From assembly GCA_964016885.1 (NCBI GenBank), contig OZ024740.1:18042001-18106000 (forward strand): a DNA stretch of 64,000 nt, read 5' to 3'. Position numbers and translations under genes: made by a program. The DNA comes from Eledone cirrhosa. Taxonomy: Eukaryota. Each line of letters begins with the position of its first letter. The first letter of the stretch is position 1. The notes beneath the pieces were generated by a model. The model was given only the letters and a program-made list of their open reading frames with translations, did no database searches and was not told the origin of the DNA. Shown piece by piece: positions 23,763 through 39,100 of the stretch.

Positions 23763-24070
23763 AAAGTTAAACAAGGTTCAATGAATAAATCAAAGAATGA
23801 GTTTTACAATAGATTGGAAGCACTCAACAGTTTTGGTTTTCCAGAGTTATTAATATTAATTCTAAATATTAACAAAATAAATATTCTTGTGATCAAGTAT
23901 ATTTTATTATACATATATCAGAGGTACTGAGTTAAGTTCAACAGTACTATGTCATGCATCATCTTATTTTATCTGATGAGAACGTACTGTTGAACTTAAC
24001 TCAGTACCTCTGATATATGTATAATAAAATATACTTGATCACAAGAATATTTATTTTGTTAATATTTTGA

Positions 24071-24073
<3 letters not shown>
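23760..24073. mobile_element. Fold-back element with ~90-bp arms and hammerhead motif at 23965-24031 (GATA in place of GAAA)
   Basis: 23858-23947 is the reverse complement of 23984-24073; TATTTTAT-CTGATGA-stem-GATA-TATGTA-TA-ATAAAATA. Confidence 0.8.
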
Positions 24074-24117
<44 letters not shown>

Positions 24118-24121
<4 letters not shown>

Positions 24122-24236
24122 TTGAAATAAAATGAAAACGAAATTTCATTTCTCACTCTTAGTACGGCACTTACTTAAATGTAAGTATGTGTGTATACAT
24201 ACATACATATATGTATACAGACGTACAGTAGCATGC

Positions 24237-24319
<83 letters not shown>

Positions 24320-24734
24320 CAGGTACACATACATATATGCACGTATCAGTTTAGCGGACGCTTATTATAACGCCGCTTTGTTCGTTTGTAAACAAACTGA
24401 ACAGCCTGAATTTTTATGCCGTACGGTGTTAAGGCAACCACGTCACCTTTTTGTTCAACACTGACACAGGAACGATGTACTAGTTTCAAGCTTGTTAGCT
24501 ATCATCAGCACCGTATACCCATCTGCCAGATAGTTGAACGTTCGAAAGTATATACTTTCCTTATGAAAATTAACGGCTGAGCAGCCTAATTTGCATATCG
24601 AGTGAGCTAAGTCGGTCAGGCATACCGAAAACGATAAGTTGAAATAAAATGAAAACGAAATTTCATTTCTCACTCTTAAATGTAAGTATGTGTGTATACG
24701 TACATACATATATGTATACAGACGTACAGTAGCA

Positions 24735-24796
<62 letters not shown>

Positions 24797-24924
24797 CAGG
24801 TACACATACATATATGCACGTATCAGTCAGTTTAGCGGACGCTGTTCAGTTTGTTTACAAACGAACAAAGCGGCGTTATAATAAGCGTCCGCTAAACTGA
24901 TACGTGCATATATGTATGTGTACC

Positions 24925-24970
<46 letters not shown>

Positions 24971-25020
24971 TGCTACTGTACGTCTGTATACATATATGTA
25001 TGTACGTATACACACATACT

Positions 25021-25025
<5 letters not shown>
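24118..25025 (-). mobile_element. Partial-tandem (period ~517) plus inverted terminal segment, hammerhead-bearing
   Basis: 24118-24362 repeats at 24635-24842; 24841-25025 is an inverted copy of ~24179-24404. Confidence 0.75.
24472..24514 (-). ncRNA. Minimal type I hammerhead ribozyme motif
   Basis: ACGGTG-CTGATGA-TAGCTAACAAGCTT-GAAA-CTAG-TA-CATCGT; 6-bp stem I, palindromic ACTAGT stem III. Confidence 0.85.
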
Positions 25026-25079
<54 letters not shown>

Positions 25080-25083
<4 letters not shown>

Positions 25084-25405
25084 GATATTAACAAATGGAA
25101 ACTATATTTATAAAACCATATTTATTTCATTATATATATTTCAAGGATACCATGTTAAATTATGGTATGCCTTCATCAGACAAATTTATTTATAAAACTG
25201 GTATATATTGTATTTTGTCTGATGAAGGCATACCATAATTTAACATGGTATCCTTGAAATATATATAATGAAATAAATATGGTTTTATAAATATAGTTTC
25301 CATTTGTTAATATCGTATATTTACTCCAAATACTTGTCGAGTGCTTTATATCAGTTATAAAAATATTTGCTTGTTGTATCCCAACAATTTAAATAGAACT
25401 TTTGC

Positions 25406-25407
<2 letters not shown>
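25080..25407. mobile_element. Fold-back element with back-to-back hammerheads (25123-25184 minus, 25211-25275 plus)
   Basis: About 105-bp inverted arms; TATTTTGT-CTGATGA-AGGCATACCAT AATTTAAC ATGGTATCCTT-GAAA-TATATA-TA-ATGAAATA. Confidence 0.85.
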
Positions 25408-25440
<33 letters not shown>

Positions 25441-25492
25441 TATATATACACACACATATATATATGTAAACATTATATATATATATGAATAT

Positions 25493-25610
25493 TCTGAGTT
25501 CAAATCCCGCCAAGGTTAACTTTGCCTTTCATCCTTACGGGGTCGATAAAATAAAGTACCAGTAATGTACTGGGTAATTGCTGGCCTTGTGCCAAAGGTA
25601 GAAACAATTA
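25493..25610 (+). mobile_element. tRNA-derived SINE, 5'-truncated
   Basis: B box GAGTTCAAATC followed by GCCTTTCATCCTTACGGGGTCGATAAAATAAAGTACCAG; same family at 26383-26560, 58765-58930, 59185-59385. Confidence 0.8.
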
Positions 25611-25754
25611 TATATATATATGAATATCTGCATGTGTGTTTGTTGACATGTGAGTAGTGGGGGGTCAGGGGTGAGAAGAAGAGTTAATGAGTCTTAAATA
25701 CTTAATATTTGATTAGTCTTCTCGCCCAAACCTGTCATCACCTGTCTATATTTG

Positions 25755-25789
25755 TGTGTTATTGTTGTTGTTAATAGTGCTGATGTTGC

Positions 25790-25832
<43 letters not shown>

Positions 25833-26070
25833 GCTGTTGTTGTGGTTGTTGTTGTTGTTGTGGTTGTTGTTGCTGTTGTTGTTGTTGCTGTTGCTACTGT
25901 TGTTGTTGTTGTTGTTGCTGTTGTAGTTGTGATTGTGGTTGTGGTTGTTGTTGTTGTTGTTGTTGTTGTTGCTGCTGCTGTTGTTGTTGTTGTCGTTGTT
26001 GTTGCTTGTTGTTTTTGTTGTGGTTGTCGCTGTTGGTTGTTGTTGTTGTGGTTGTTGTTGTTGTTGTAAT

Positions 26071-26101
<31 letters not shown>

Positions 26102-26350
26102 GTTGTCGCTGTTGCTGCTGTTGTTGTTGTTGTGGTGGTTGTTGTTGTGGTTGTTGTTGTTGTTGTTGTGTTGTGGTTGTTGTTGTTATTGTTGGTGTTG
26201 TTGTTGCTGCTGTTATTGTTGTTGTTGTTGTAATGGTGGTTGTTGTTGTGGTTGTGGTTGTGGTTGTTGTTGTTAGTAGTGAAAGTGAAGTTGCTTTTTT
26301 GCATTGATGCTGTTTTGTTATTAGTGTTGTTATTACTATTATTGTTATTG
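25755..26350. repeat. (GTT)n degenerate microsatellite
   Basis: Direct reading. Confidence 0.95.
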
Positions 26351-26382
26351 ATGCTGGCCTTGAGCCAAAAGTAGAAACAATA

Positions 26383-26720
26383 TCGGTAGAGCGTCAGACA
26401 CCATGCTTAACATCATAGAGTCATGGCCCTTTACGCTCTGATTTCAAATCCCACCGAGATTAGCTTTGCCTTTCATCCTTACAGGGTCAGTAAAATAAAG
26501 TACCAGTAATGCACTGGTGTCAATTTAATCAACTTTCCCCTTCCCTTCAAATTGCAGGAATTATTAACAACTGTAGATATCAGACTAAATAGAGTGCTAC
26601 ACAGAATATTTTTTGGTATTTAGTTATTTCCCTTTATGATTTCCACTGTCAATTTCAACTTTCATTGTTTTAGATGTCAGTAAAATGAGTACCAGTCATA
26701 TACTGAGGTTAACTACATCA
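26383..26720 (+). mobile_element. Two decayed SINE copies in tandem
   Basis: GCCTTTCATCC...TAAAATAAAGTACCAG at 26468-26510 and a diverged match at 26655-26705. Confidence 0.6.
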
Positions 26721-26765
26721 TTTCTCTTGTGTCTACGATGAAAAAAAATCTTCATTGTTGATTTT

Positions 26766-27060
26766 TTAACCCTTTCATGGGGCCATTTATATACTCTATT
26801 TCAATTAACTATGAAGAATTTTGAGAGATTTACAAAAATGATTTATTATTTCATTACTAAGATAGTAACTTAATGTAAGGTTCTTATATAAAATTATGTT
26901 GGAGTATTTTAATTTAAATTGGAAATATTTAAAATGGGTGATTTTATTTCATAGAACCAGAGCTGGTTTTGGTTGGGTTGGTAACTAAAGGGTTAAAATG
27001 GGTGGTTTTATTTAATAGAACCAGAGCTGGTTTTGGCCGAGTTGGTAACTAAAGGGTTAA
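26766..27060. mobile_element. piggyBac-type MITE with a 64-bp duplicated right end
   Basis: TTAA-CCCTTT at 26766; AAAGGG-TTAA ending at 26996 and again at 27060. Confidence 0.6.
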
Positions 27061-27144
27061 CATTGTGTTAGAGGAATTTTGTGAAAGTCATACATTTGCC
27101 AAATGAGGATCTCACCAGATGTAATAGTGCAGTGATTATTTGAA

Positions 27145-30100
27145 TGTACAGTTAACCACAGCTTGTACAGTTGACCACAGATTGTACAGTTAACCACAGC
27201 TTGTACAGTTGACCACATATTGTACAGTTGACCACAGATTGTACAGTTAACCACAGCTTGTACAGTTGACCACAATTTGTACAGTTAACCACAGATTGTA
27301 CAGTTGACCATAGATTGTACAGCTGACCACAGATTGTACAGCTGACCACAGATTGTACAGTTAAGCACAGCTTGTACAGTTGACCACAGATTGTACAGTT
27401 AACCACAGATTGTACAGTTGACCATAGATTGTACAGCTGACCACAGATTGTACAGCTGACCACAGATTGTGCAGTTGACCATAGATTGTACATCTGACCA
27501 CAGATTGTACAGCTGACCACAGATTGTACAGTTGACCACAGATTGTACAGTTGACCACAGATTGTACAGTTGACCACAGATTGTACGGTTGGGCACAGAT
27601 TGTACAGTTGACCACAGATTGTACAGTTGAGCACAGATTGTACAGTTGACCACAGATTGTACAGTTGACCTCAGATTGTACAGTTGACCACAGATTGTAC
27701 AGTTGACTACAGATTGTACACTTGACCACAGATTGTACAGTTGACCACAGATTGTGCAGTTGACCACAGTTTGTACAATTGACCACAGATTGTACAGTTG
27801 ACCACAGATTGTGCAGCTGACCACAGATTGTACAGTTGACCGCAGATTGTACAGTTGACCACAGATTGTACAGTTGACTACAGATTGTACAGTTGACCAC
27901 ATATTGTGCAGTTGACTACAGATTGTACACTTGACCACAGATTGTACAGTTGACCACAGATTGTGCAGTTGACCACAGTTTGTACAATTGACCACAGATT
28001 GTTCAGTTGACCACAGATTGTGCAGCTGACCACAGATTGTACAGTTAACCGCAGATTGTACAGTTGACCACAGATTGTACAGTTGACCACAGATTGTGTA
28101 GCTGACCACAGATTGTACAGTTGACCACAGATTGTACAGTTGACCACAGATTGTGCAGCTGACCACAGATTGTACAGTTGACCACAGATTGTACAGTTGA
28201 CCACAGATTGTACAGTTGACCACAGATTGTACAGTTGACCATAGATTGTACAGTTGACCACAGATTGTGCAGCTGACCACAGATTGTACAGTTGACCGCA
28301 GATTGTACAGTTGACCACAGATTGTACAGTTGACCACAGATTGTGTAGCTGACCACAGATTGTACAGTTGACCACAGATTGTACAGTTGACCACAGATTG
28401 TACAGTTGACCACAGATTGTACAGTTGACCACAGATTGTACAGTTGACCACAGATTGTGCAGTTGAGCACGGATTGTACAGTTGAGCACAGATTGTACAG
28501 TTGACCACATATTGTACAGTTGACCACAGATTGTACAGTTGGGCACAGATTGTACAGTTGAGCACAGATTGTACAGTTGACCACAGATTGTACAGTTGAT
28601 CACAGATTGTACAGCTGACCACAGATTGTGCAGTTGACTACAGATTGTACAATTGACCACAGATTGTGCACTTGAACACAGATTGTGCAGTTGACCACAG
28701 ATTATACAGTTGACCACAGGTTGTACAGTTGACCACAGACTGTACAGCTGATCACTGCTTCTACAGTTGACCACAGATTGTACAGTTGACCACAGATTGT
28801 GTAGCTGACCACAGATTGTACAGTTGACCACAGATTGTACAGTTGACCACAGATTGTACAGTTGAGCACAGATTGTACAGTTGACCACAGATTGTGCAGT
28901 TGACTACAGATTGTACAATTGACCACAGATTGTGCACTTGAACACAGATTGTACAGTTGACCACAGATTGTGCAGTTGACCACAGATTGTACAGCTGATC
29001 ACTGCTTCTACAGTTGACCACTGATTGTACGGTTGACCACATATTGTACGGTTGACCACATATTGTACGGTTGATCACAGATTGTACAGTTGACCACAGA
29101 TTGTACAGTTGACCATAGATTGTACAGTTGACCACAGATTGTACAGTTGACCACAGATTGTACGGTTGACCACAGATTGTGCAGTTGACCACAGATTGTA
29201 CAGTTGACCACAGATTGTGCAGTTGACCACAGATTGTGTAGCTGACCACAGATTGTACAGTTGACCACAGATTGTACAGTTGACCACAGATTGTACAGTT
29301 GACCACAGATTGTGTAGCTGACCACAGATTGTACAGTTGACCACATATTGTACAGTTGACCACAGATTGTACAGTTGACCACATATTGTACAGTTGACCA
29401 CAGATTGTACGGTTGACAACAGATTGTACGGTTGACCACAGTTTGTACAGTTGACCACAGATTGTACAGTTGACCACAGATTGTACGGTTGACCACATAT
29501 TGTACGGTTGACCACATATTGTACGGTTGATCACAGATTGTACAGTTGACCACAGATTGTACAGTTGACCATTGATTGTACAGTTGACCACAGATTGTAC
29601 AGTTGACCACAGATTGTACGGTTGACCACAGATTGTGCAGTTGACCACAGATTGTACAGTTGACCACAGATTGTACGGTTGACCACAGATTGTACAGCTG
29701 ACCACAGATTGTACAGTTGACCACAGATTGTACAGTTGACCACAGATTGTGCAGTTGACCACAGATTGTACAGTTGACCAGATTGTACAGTTGACCACAG
29801 GTTGTACAGTTGACCACAGATTGTGCATTTGACCACAGGTTGTACAGTTGACCACAGATTGTACAGTTGACTACAGATTGTACACTTGACCACAGATTGT
29901 ACAGTTGACCACAGATTGTGCAGTTGACCACAGTTTGTACAATTGACCACAGATTGTACAGTTGACCACAGATTGTGCAGCTGACCACAGATTGTACAGT
30001 TGACCGCAGATTGTACAGTTGACCACAGATTGTACAGTTGACTACAGATTGTACAGTTGACCACATATTGTGCAGTTGACTACAGATTGTACACTTGACC

Positions 30101-33100
30101 ACAGATTGTACAGTTGACCACAGATTGTGCAGTTGACCACAGTTTGTACAATTGACCACAGATTGTTCAGTTGACCACAGATTGTGCAGCTGACCACAGA
30201 TTGTACAGTTAACCGCAGATTGTACAGTTGACCACAGATTGTACAGTTGACCACAGATTGTGTAGCTGACCACAGATTGTACAGTTGACCACAGATTGTA
30301 CAGTTGACCACAGATTGTGCAGCTGACCACAGATTGTACAGTTGACCACAGATTGTACAGTTGACCACAGATTGTACAGTTGACCATAGATTGTACAGTT
30401 GACCACAGATTGTGCAGCTGACCACAGATTGTACAGTTGACCGCAGATTGTACAGTTGACCACAGATTGTACAGTTGACCACAGATTGTGTAGCTGACCA
30501 CAGATTGTACAGTTGACCACAGATTGTACAGTTGACCACAAATTGTACAGTTGACCACAGATTGTACAGTTGACCACAGATTGTACAGTTGACCACAGAT
30601 TGTGCAGTTGAGCACGGATTGTACAGTTCAGCACAGATTGTACAGTTGACCACATATTGTACAGTTGACCACAGATTGTACAGTTGGGCACAGATTGTAC
30701 AGTTGAGCACAGATTGTACAGTTGACCACAGATTGTACAGTTGATCACAGATTGTACAGCTGACCACAGATTGTGCAGTTGACTACAGATTGTACAATTG
30801 ACCACAGATTGTGCACTTGAACACAGATTGTGCAGTTGACCACAGATTGTACAGTTGACCACAGATTGTGTAGCTGACCACAGATTGTACAGTTGACCAC
30901 AGATTGTACAGTTGACCACAGATTGTACAGTTGAGCACAGATTGTACAGTTGACCACAGATTGTGCAGTTGACTACAGATTGTACAATTGACCACAGATT
31001 GTGCACTTGAACACAGATTGTACAGTTGACCACAGATTGTACAGTTGACCACAGATTGTACAGCTGATCACTGCTTCTACAGTTGACCACTGATTGTACA
31101 GTTGACCACAGATTGTGTAGCTGACCACAGATTGTACAGTTGACCACAGATTGTACGGTTGACAACAGATTGTACGGTTGACCACAGTTTGTACAATTGA
31201 CCACTGATTGTACGGTTGACCACATATTGTACGGTTGACCACATATTGTACGGTTGATCACAGATTGTACAGTTGACCACAGATTGTACAGTTGACCATA
31301 GATTGTACAGTTGACCACAGATTGTACAGTTGACCACAGATTGTACAGTTGACCACAGATTGTGCAGTTGACCACAGATTGTACAGTTGACCACAGATTG
31401 TGCAGTTGACCACAGATTGTGTAGCTGACCACAGATTGTACAGTTGACCACAGATTGTACAGTTGACCACAGATTGTACAGTTGACCACAGATTGTGTAG
31501 CTGACCACAGATTGTGTAGCTGACCACAGATTGTACAGTTGACCACATATTGTACAGTTGACCACAGATTGTACAGTTGACCACATATTGTACAGTTGAC
31601 CACAGATTGTACGGTTGACAACAGATTGTACGGTTGACCACAGTTTGTACAGTTGACCACAGATTGTACAGTTGACCACAGATTGTACGGTTGACCACAT
31701 ATTGTACGGTTGACCACATATTGTACGGTTGATCACAGATTGTACAGTTGACCACAGATTGTACAGTTGACCATTGATTGTACAGTTGACCACAGATTGT
31801 ACAGTTGACCACAGATTGTACGGTTGACCACAGATTGTGCAGTTGACCACAGATTGTACAGTTGACCACAGATTGTACGGTTGACCACAGATTGTACAGC
31901 TGACCACAGATTGTACAGTTGACCACAGATTGTACAGTTGACAACAGATTGTGCAGTTGAACACAGATTGTACAGTTGACCAGATTGTACAGTTGACCAC
32001 AGGTTGTACAGTTGACCACAGATTGTGCATTTGACCACAGATTGTACAGTTGACCACAGATTGTACAGTTGACCACAGATTGTGCAGTTGACCACAGATT
32101 GTGCAGTTGACCACAGATTGTACAATTGACCACAGATTGTACTGTTGAACACAGATTGTACAGTTGGGCACAGATTGTACAGTTGAGCACAGATTGTACA
32201 GTTGACCACAGATTGTACAGTTGACCACAGATTGTACAGCTGACCACAGATTGTGCAGTTGACTACAGATTGTACAATTGACCACAGATTGTGCACTTGA
32301 ACACAGATTGTGCAGTTGACCACAGATTATACAGTTGACCACAGGTTGTACAGTTGACCACAGACTGTACAGCTGATCACTGCTTCTACAGTTGACCACA
32401 GATTGTACAGTTGACCACAGATTGTGTAGCTGACCACAGATTGTACAGTTGACCAGAGATTGTACAGTTGACCACAGATTGTACAGTTGAGCACAGATTG
32501 TACAGTTGACCACAGATTGTGCAGTTGACTACAGATTGTACAATTGACCACAGATTGTGCACTTGAACACAGATTGTACAGTTGACCACAGATTGTACAG
32601 TTGACCACAGATTGTGCAGTTGACCACAGATTGTACAGTTGACCAGATTGTACAGTTGACCACAGGTTGTACAGTTGACCACAGATTGTGCATTTGACCA
32701 CAGATTGTACAGTTGACCACAGATTGTACAGTTGACCACAGATTGTGCAGTTGACCACAGATTGTGCAGTTGACCACAGATTGTACAATTGACCACAGAT
32801 TGTACTGTTGAACACAGATTGTACAGTTGGGCACAGATTGTACAGTTGAGCACAGATTGTACAGTTGACCACAGATTGTACAGTTGACCACAGATTGTAC
32901 AGCTGACCACAGATTGTGCAGTTGACTACAGATTGTACAATTGACCACAGATTGTGCACTTGAACACAGATTGTGCAGTTGACCACAGATTATACAGTTG
33001 ACCACAGGTTGTACAGTTGACCACAGACTGTACAGCTGATCACTGCTTCTACAGTTGACCACAGATTGTACAGTTGACCACAGATTGTGTAGCTGACCAC

Positions 33101-36100
33101 AGATTGTACAGTTGACCACAGATTGTACAGTTGACCACAGATTGTACAGTTGAGCACAGATTGTACAGTTGACCACAGATTGTGCAGTTGACTACATATT
33201 GTACAATTGACCACAGATTGTGCACTTGAACACAGATTGTACAGTTGACCACAGATTGTACAGTTGACCACATATTGTACAGCTGATCACTGCTTCTACA
33301 GTTGACCACTGATTGTACGGTTGACCACATATTGTACGGTTGACCACAGATTGTACAGTTGACCACAGATTGTGCAGTTGATCACAGATTGTACAGTTGA
33401 CCAGATTGTACAGTTGACCACAGGTTGTACTGTTGACCACAGATTGTGCATTTGACCACAGATTGTGCAGTTGACCACAGATTGTACAGTTGACCAGATT
33501 GTACAGTTGACCACAGGTTGTACAGTTGACCACAGATTGTGCATTTGACCACAGATTGTACAGTTGACCACAGATTGTACAGTTGACCACAGATTGTACA
33601 GCTGACCACAGATTGTACAGCTGACTATAGATTGTACAGATGACCACAGAGTGTACAGTTGACCTCAGATTGTACAGTTGACCACAGATTGTACAGTTGA
33701 CTACAGATTGTACAGTTGACCACAGATTGTACAGTTGACCACAGATTGTACAGCTGATCACAGATTGTGCAGTTGACTACAGATTGTACAATTGACCACA
33801 GATTGTGCACTTGAACACAGATTGTGCAGTTGACCACAGATTGTACAGTTGACCACAGGTTGTACAGTTGACCACAGACTGTACAGCTGATCACTGCTTC
33901 TACGGTTGACCACAGATTGTACAGTTGACCACAGATTGTGTAGCTGACCACATATTGTACAGTTGACCACAGATTGTACAGTTGACCACAGATTGTACAG
34001 TTGAGCACAGATTGTACAGTTGACCACAGATTGTGCAGTTGACTACAGATTGTACAATTGACCACAGATTGTGCACTTGAACACAGATTGTACAGTTGAC
34101 CACAGATTGTACAGTTGACCACAGATTGTACAGTTGATCACTGCTTCTACAGTTGACCACTGATTGTACGGTTGACTACAGATTGTACACTTGACCACAG
34201 ATTGTACAGTTGACCACAGATTGTGCAGTTGACCACAGTTTGTACAATTGACCACAGATTGTACAGTTGACCACAGATTGTGCAGCTGACCACAGATTGT
34301 ACAGTTGACCGCAGATTGTACAGTTGACCATAGATTGTATAGTTGACCACAGATTGTACAGTTGACCACATATTGTACGGTTGACCACATATTGTACGGT
34401 TGATCACAGATTGTTCAGTTGACCACAGATTGTACAGTTGACCATAGATTGTACAGTTGACCACAGATTGTACAGTTGACCACAGATTGTACGGTTGACC
34501 ACAGATTGTGCAGTTGACCACAGATTGTACAGTTGACCACAGATTGTACGGTTGACCACAGATTGTACAGTTGACCACAGATTGTACGGTTGACCACATA
34601 TTGTACGGTTGACCACATATTGTACAGTTGATCACAGATTGTACAGTTGACCATAGATTGTATAGTTGACCACAGATTGTACAGTTGACCACAGATTGTA
34701 CGGTTGACCACATATTGTACGGTTGATCACAGATTGTTCAGTTGACCACAGATTGTACAGTTGACCATAGATTGTACAGTTGACCACAGATTGTACAGTT
34801 GACCACAGATTGTACGGTTGACCACAGATTGTGCAGTTGACCACAGATTGTACAGTTGACCACAGATTGTACGGTTGACCACAGATTGTACAGTTGACCA
34901 CAGATTGTACAGTTGACCACAGATTGTGCAGTTGACCACAGATTGTACAGTTGACCAGATTGTACAGTTGACCACAGGTTGTACAGTTGACCACAGATTG
35001 TGCATTTGACCACAGATTGTACAGTTGACCACAGATTGTACAGCTGACCACAGATTGTACAGTTGACCACAGATTGTGCAGTTGACCACAGATTGTACAG
35101 TTGACCAGATTGTACAGTTGACCACAGATTGTACAGTTGACCACAGATTGTACAGCTGATCACTGCTTCTACAGTTGACCACTGATTGTACAGTTGACCA
35201 CAGATTGTACAGTTGACCATAGATTGTACAGTTGACCACAGATTGTGCAGTTGACCACAGATTGTACAGTTGACCAGATTGTACAGTTGACCACAGGTTG
35301 TACAGTTGACCACAGATTGTGCATTTGACCACAGATTGTACAGTTGACCACAGATTGTACAGTTGACCACAGATTGTACCGTTGACCACAGATTGTACAG
35401 CTTATCACTGCTTCTACAGTTGGCCACTGATTGTACAGTTGACCACAGATTGTACAGTTGACCACAGATTGTACTGTTGATCACAGATTGTACAGTTGAC
35501 CACAGATTGTACAGTTGACCACATATTGTGCAGCTGACAACAGATTGTATAGTTGACCACAGATTGTACAATTGACCACAGATTGTACAGCTGACCACAG
35601 ATTGTACAGCTGACTATAGATTGTACAGATGACCACAGAGTGTACAGTTGACCTCAGATTGTACAGTTGACCACAGATTGTACAGTTGACCACAGATTGT
35701 GCAGTTGACCACAGATTGTGCAGTTGACCACAGATTGTGCAGTTGACCACAGATTGTACAATTGACCACAGATTGTGCAGTTGAATACAGATTGTGCAGT
35801 TGACCACAGATTGTACAGTTGACCAGATTGTACAGTTGACCACAGGTTGTACAGTTGACCAGATTGTACAGTTGACCACAGTTTGTACAGTTGACTACAG
35901 ATTGTACAATTGACCACAGATTGTGCACTTGAACACAGATTGTACAGTTGACCACAGATTGTACAGTTGACCACAGATTGTACAGCTGATCACTGCTTCT
36001 ACAGTTGACCACTGATTGTACGGTTGACCACATATTGTACGGTTGACCACATTGTACGGTTGATCACAGATTGTACAGTTGACCACAGATTGTACAGTTG

Positions 36101-39100
36101 ACCATAGATTGTATAGTTGACCACAGATTGTACAGTTGAGCAAAGATTGTACGGTTGACCACAGATTGTGCAGTTGACCACAGATTGTACAGTTGACCAC
36201 AGATTGTGCAGTTGACCACAGATTGTGTAGCTGACCACAGATTGTACAGTTGACCACAGATTGTACAGTTGACCACAGATTGTGTAGCTGACCACAGATT
36301 GTACAGTTGACCACAGATTGTACAGTTGACCACAGATTGTGTAGCTGACCACAGATTGTACAGTTGACCACATATTGTACAGTTGACCACAGATTGTACG
36401 GTTGACCACATATTGTACAGTTGACCACAGATTGTACGGTTGACCACAGATTGTACGGTTGACCACAGATTGTACAGTTGACCACAGATTGTACAGTTGA
36501 CCACAGATTGTACGGTTGACCACATATTGTACGGTTGACCACATATTGTACGGTTGATCACAGATTGTTCAGTTGACCACAGATTGTACAGTTGACCACA
36601 GATTGTACAGTTGACCACAGATTGTACGGTTGACCACATATTGTACGGTTGACCACATATTGTACGGTTGATCACAGATTGTTCAGTTGACCACAGATTG
36701 TACAGTTGACCACAGATTGTACAGTTGACCATTGATTGTACAGTTGACCACAGATTGTACAGTTGACCACAGATTGTACGGTTGACCACAGATTGTGCAG
36801 TTGACCACAGATTGTACAGTTGACCACAGATTGTACGGTTGACCACAGATTGTACAGCTGACCACAGATTGTACAGTTGACCACAGATTGTACAGTTGAC
36901 AACAGATTGTGCAGTTGAACACAGATTGTACAGTTGACCAGATTGTACAGTTGACCACAGGTTGTACAGTTGACCACAGATTGTGCATTTGACCACAGAT
37001 TGTACAGTTGACCACAGATTGTACAGTTGACCACAGATTGTGCAGTTGACCACAGATTGTGCAGTTGACCACAGATTGTACAATTGACCACAGATTGTAC
37101 TGTTGAACACAGATTGTACAGTTGGGCACAGATTGTACAGTTGAGCACAGATTGTACAGTTGACCACAGATTGTACAGTTGACCACAGATTGTACAGCTG
37201 ACCACAGATTGTGCAGTTGACTACAGATTGTACAATTGACCACAGATTGTGCACTTGAACACAGATTGTGCAGTTGACCACAGATTATACAGTTGACCAC
37301 AGGTTGTACAGTTGACCACAGACTGTACAGCTGATCACTGCTTCTACAGTTGACCACAGATTGTACAGTTGACCACAGATTGTGTAGCTGACCACAGATT
37401 GTACAGTTGACCAGAGATTGTACAGTTGACCACAGATTGTACAGTTGAGCACAGATTGTACAGTTGACCACAGATTGTGCAGTTGACTACAGATTGTACA
37501 ATTGACCACAGATTGTGCACTTGAACACAGATTGTACAGTTGACCACAGATTGTACAGTTGACCACAGATTGTGCAGTTGACCACAGATTGTACAGTTGA
37601 CCAGATTGTACAGTTGACCACAGGTTGTACAGTTGACCACAGATTGTGCATTTGACCACAGATTGTACAGTTGACCACAGATTGTACAGTTGACCACAGA
37701 TTGTGCAGTTGACCACAGATTGTGCAGTTGACCACAGATTGTACAATTGACCACAGATTGTACTGTTGAACACAGATTGTACAGTTGGGCACAGATTGTA
37801 CAGTTGAGCACAGATTGTACAGTTGACCACAGATTGTACAGTTGACCACAGATTGTACAGCTGACCACAGATTGTGCAGTTGACTACAGATTGTACAATT
37901 GACCACAGATTGTGCACTTGAACACAGATTGTGCAGTTGACCACAGATTATACAGTTGACCACAGGTTGTACAGTTGACCACAGACTGTACAGCTGATCA
38001 CTGCTTCTACAGTTGACCACAGATTGTACAGTTGACCACAGATTGTGTAGCTGACCACAGATTGTACAGTTGACCACAGATTGTACAGTTGACCACAGAT
38101 TGTACAGTTGAGCACAGATTGTACAGTTGACCACAGATTGTGCAGTTGACTACATATTGTACAATTGACCACAGATTGTGCACTTGAACACAGATTGTAC
38201 AGTTGACCACAGATTGTACAGTTGACCACAGATTGTACAGCTGATCACTGCTTCTACAGTTGACCACTGATTGTACGGTTGACCACATATTGTACGGTTG
38301 ACCACAGATTGTACAGTTGACCACAGATTGTGCAGTTGATCACAGATTGTACAGTTGACCAGATTGTACAGTTGACCACAGGTTGTACTGTTGACCACAG
38401 ATTGTGCATTTGACCACAGATTGTGCAGTTGACCACAGATTGTACAGTTGACCAGATTGTACAGTTGACCACAGGTTGTACAGTTGACCACAGATTGTGC
38501 ATTTGACCACAGATTGTACAGTTGACCACAGATTGTACAGTTGACCACAGATTGTACAGCTGACCACAGATTGTACAGCTGACTATAGATTGTACAGATG
38601 ACCACAGAGTGTACAGTTGACCTCAGATTGTACAGTTGACCACAGATTGTACAGTTGACTACAGATTGTACAGTTGACCACAGATTGTACAGTTGACCAC
38701 AGATTGTACAGCTGATCACAGATTGTGCAGTTGACTACAGATTGTACAATTGACCACAGATTGTGCACTTGAACACAGATTGTGCAGTTGACCACAGATT
38801 GTACAGTTGACCACAGGTTGTACAGTTGACCACAGACTGTACAGCTGATCACTGCTTCTACGGTTGACCACAGATTGTGCAGTTGACCACAGATTGTGTA
38901 GCTGACCACATATTGTACAGTTGACCACAGATTGTACAGTTGACCACAGATTGTACAGTTGAGCACAGATTGTACAGTTGACCACAGATTGTGCAGTTGA
39001 CTACAGATTGTACAATTGACCACAGATTGTGCACTTGAACACAGATTGTACAGTTGACCACAGATTGTACAGTTGACCACAGATTGTACAGTTGATCACT

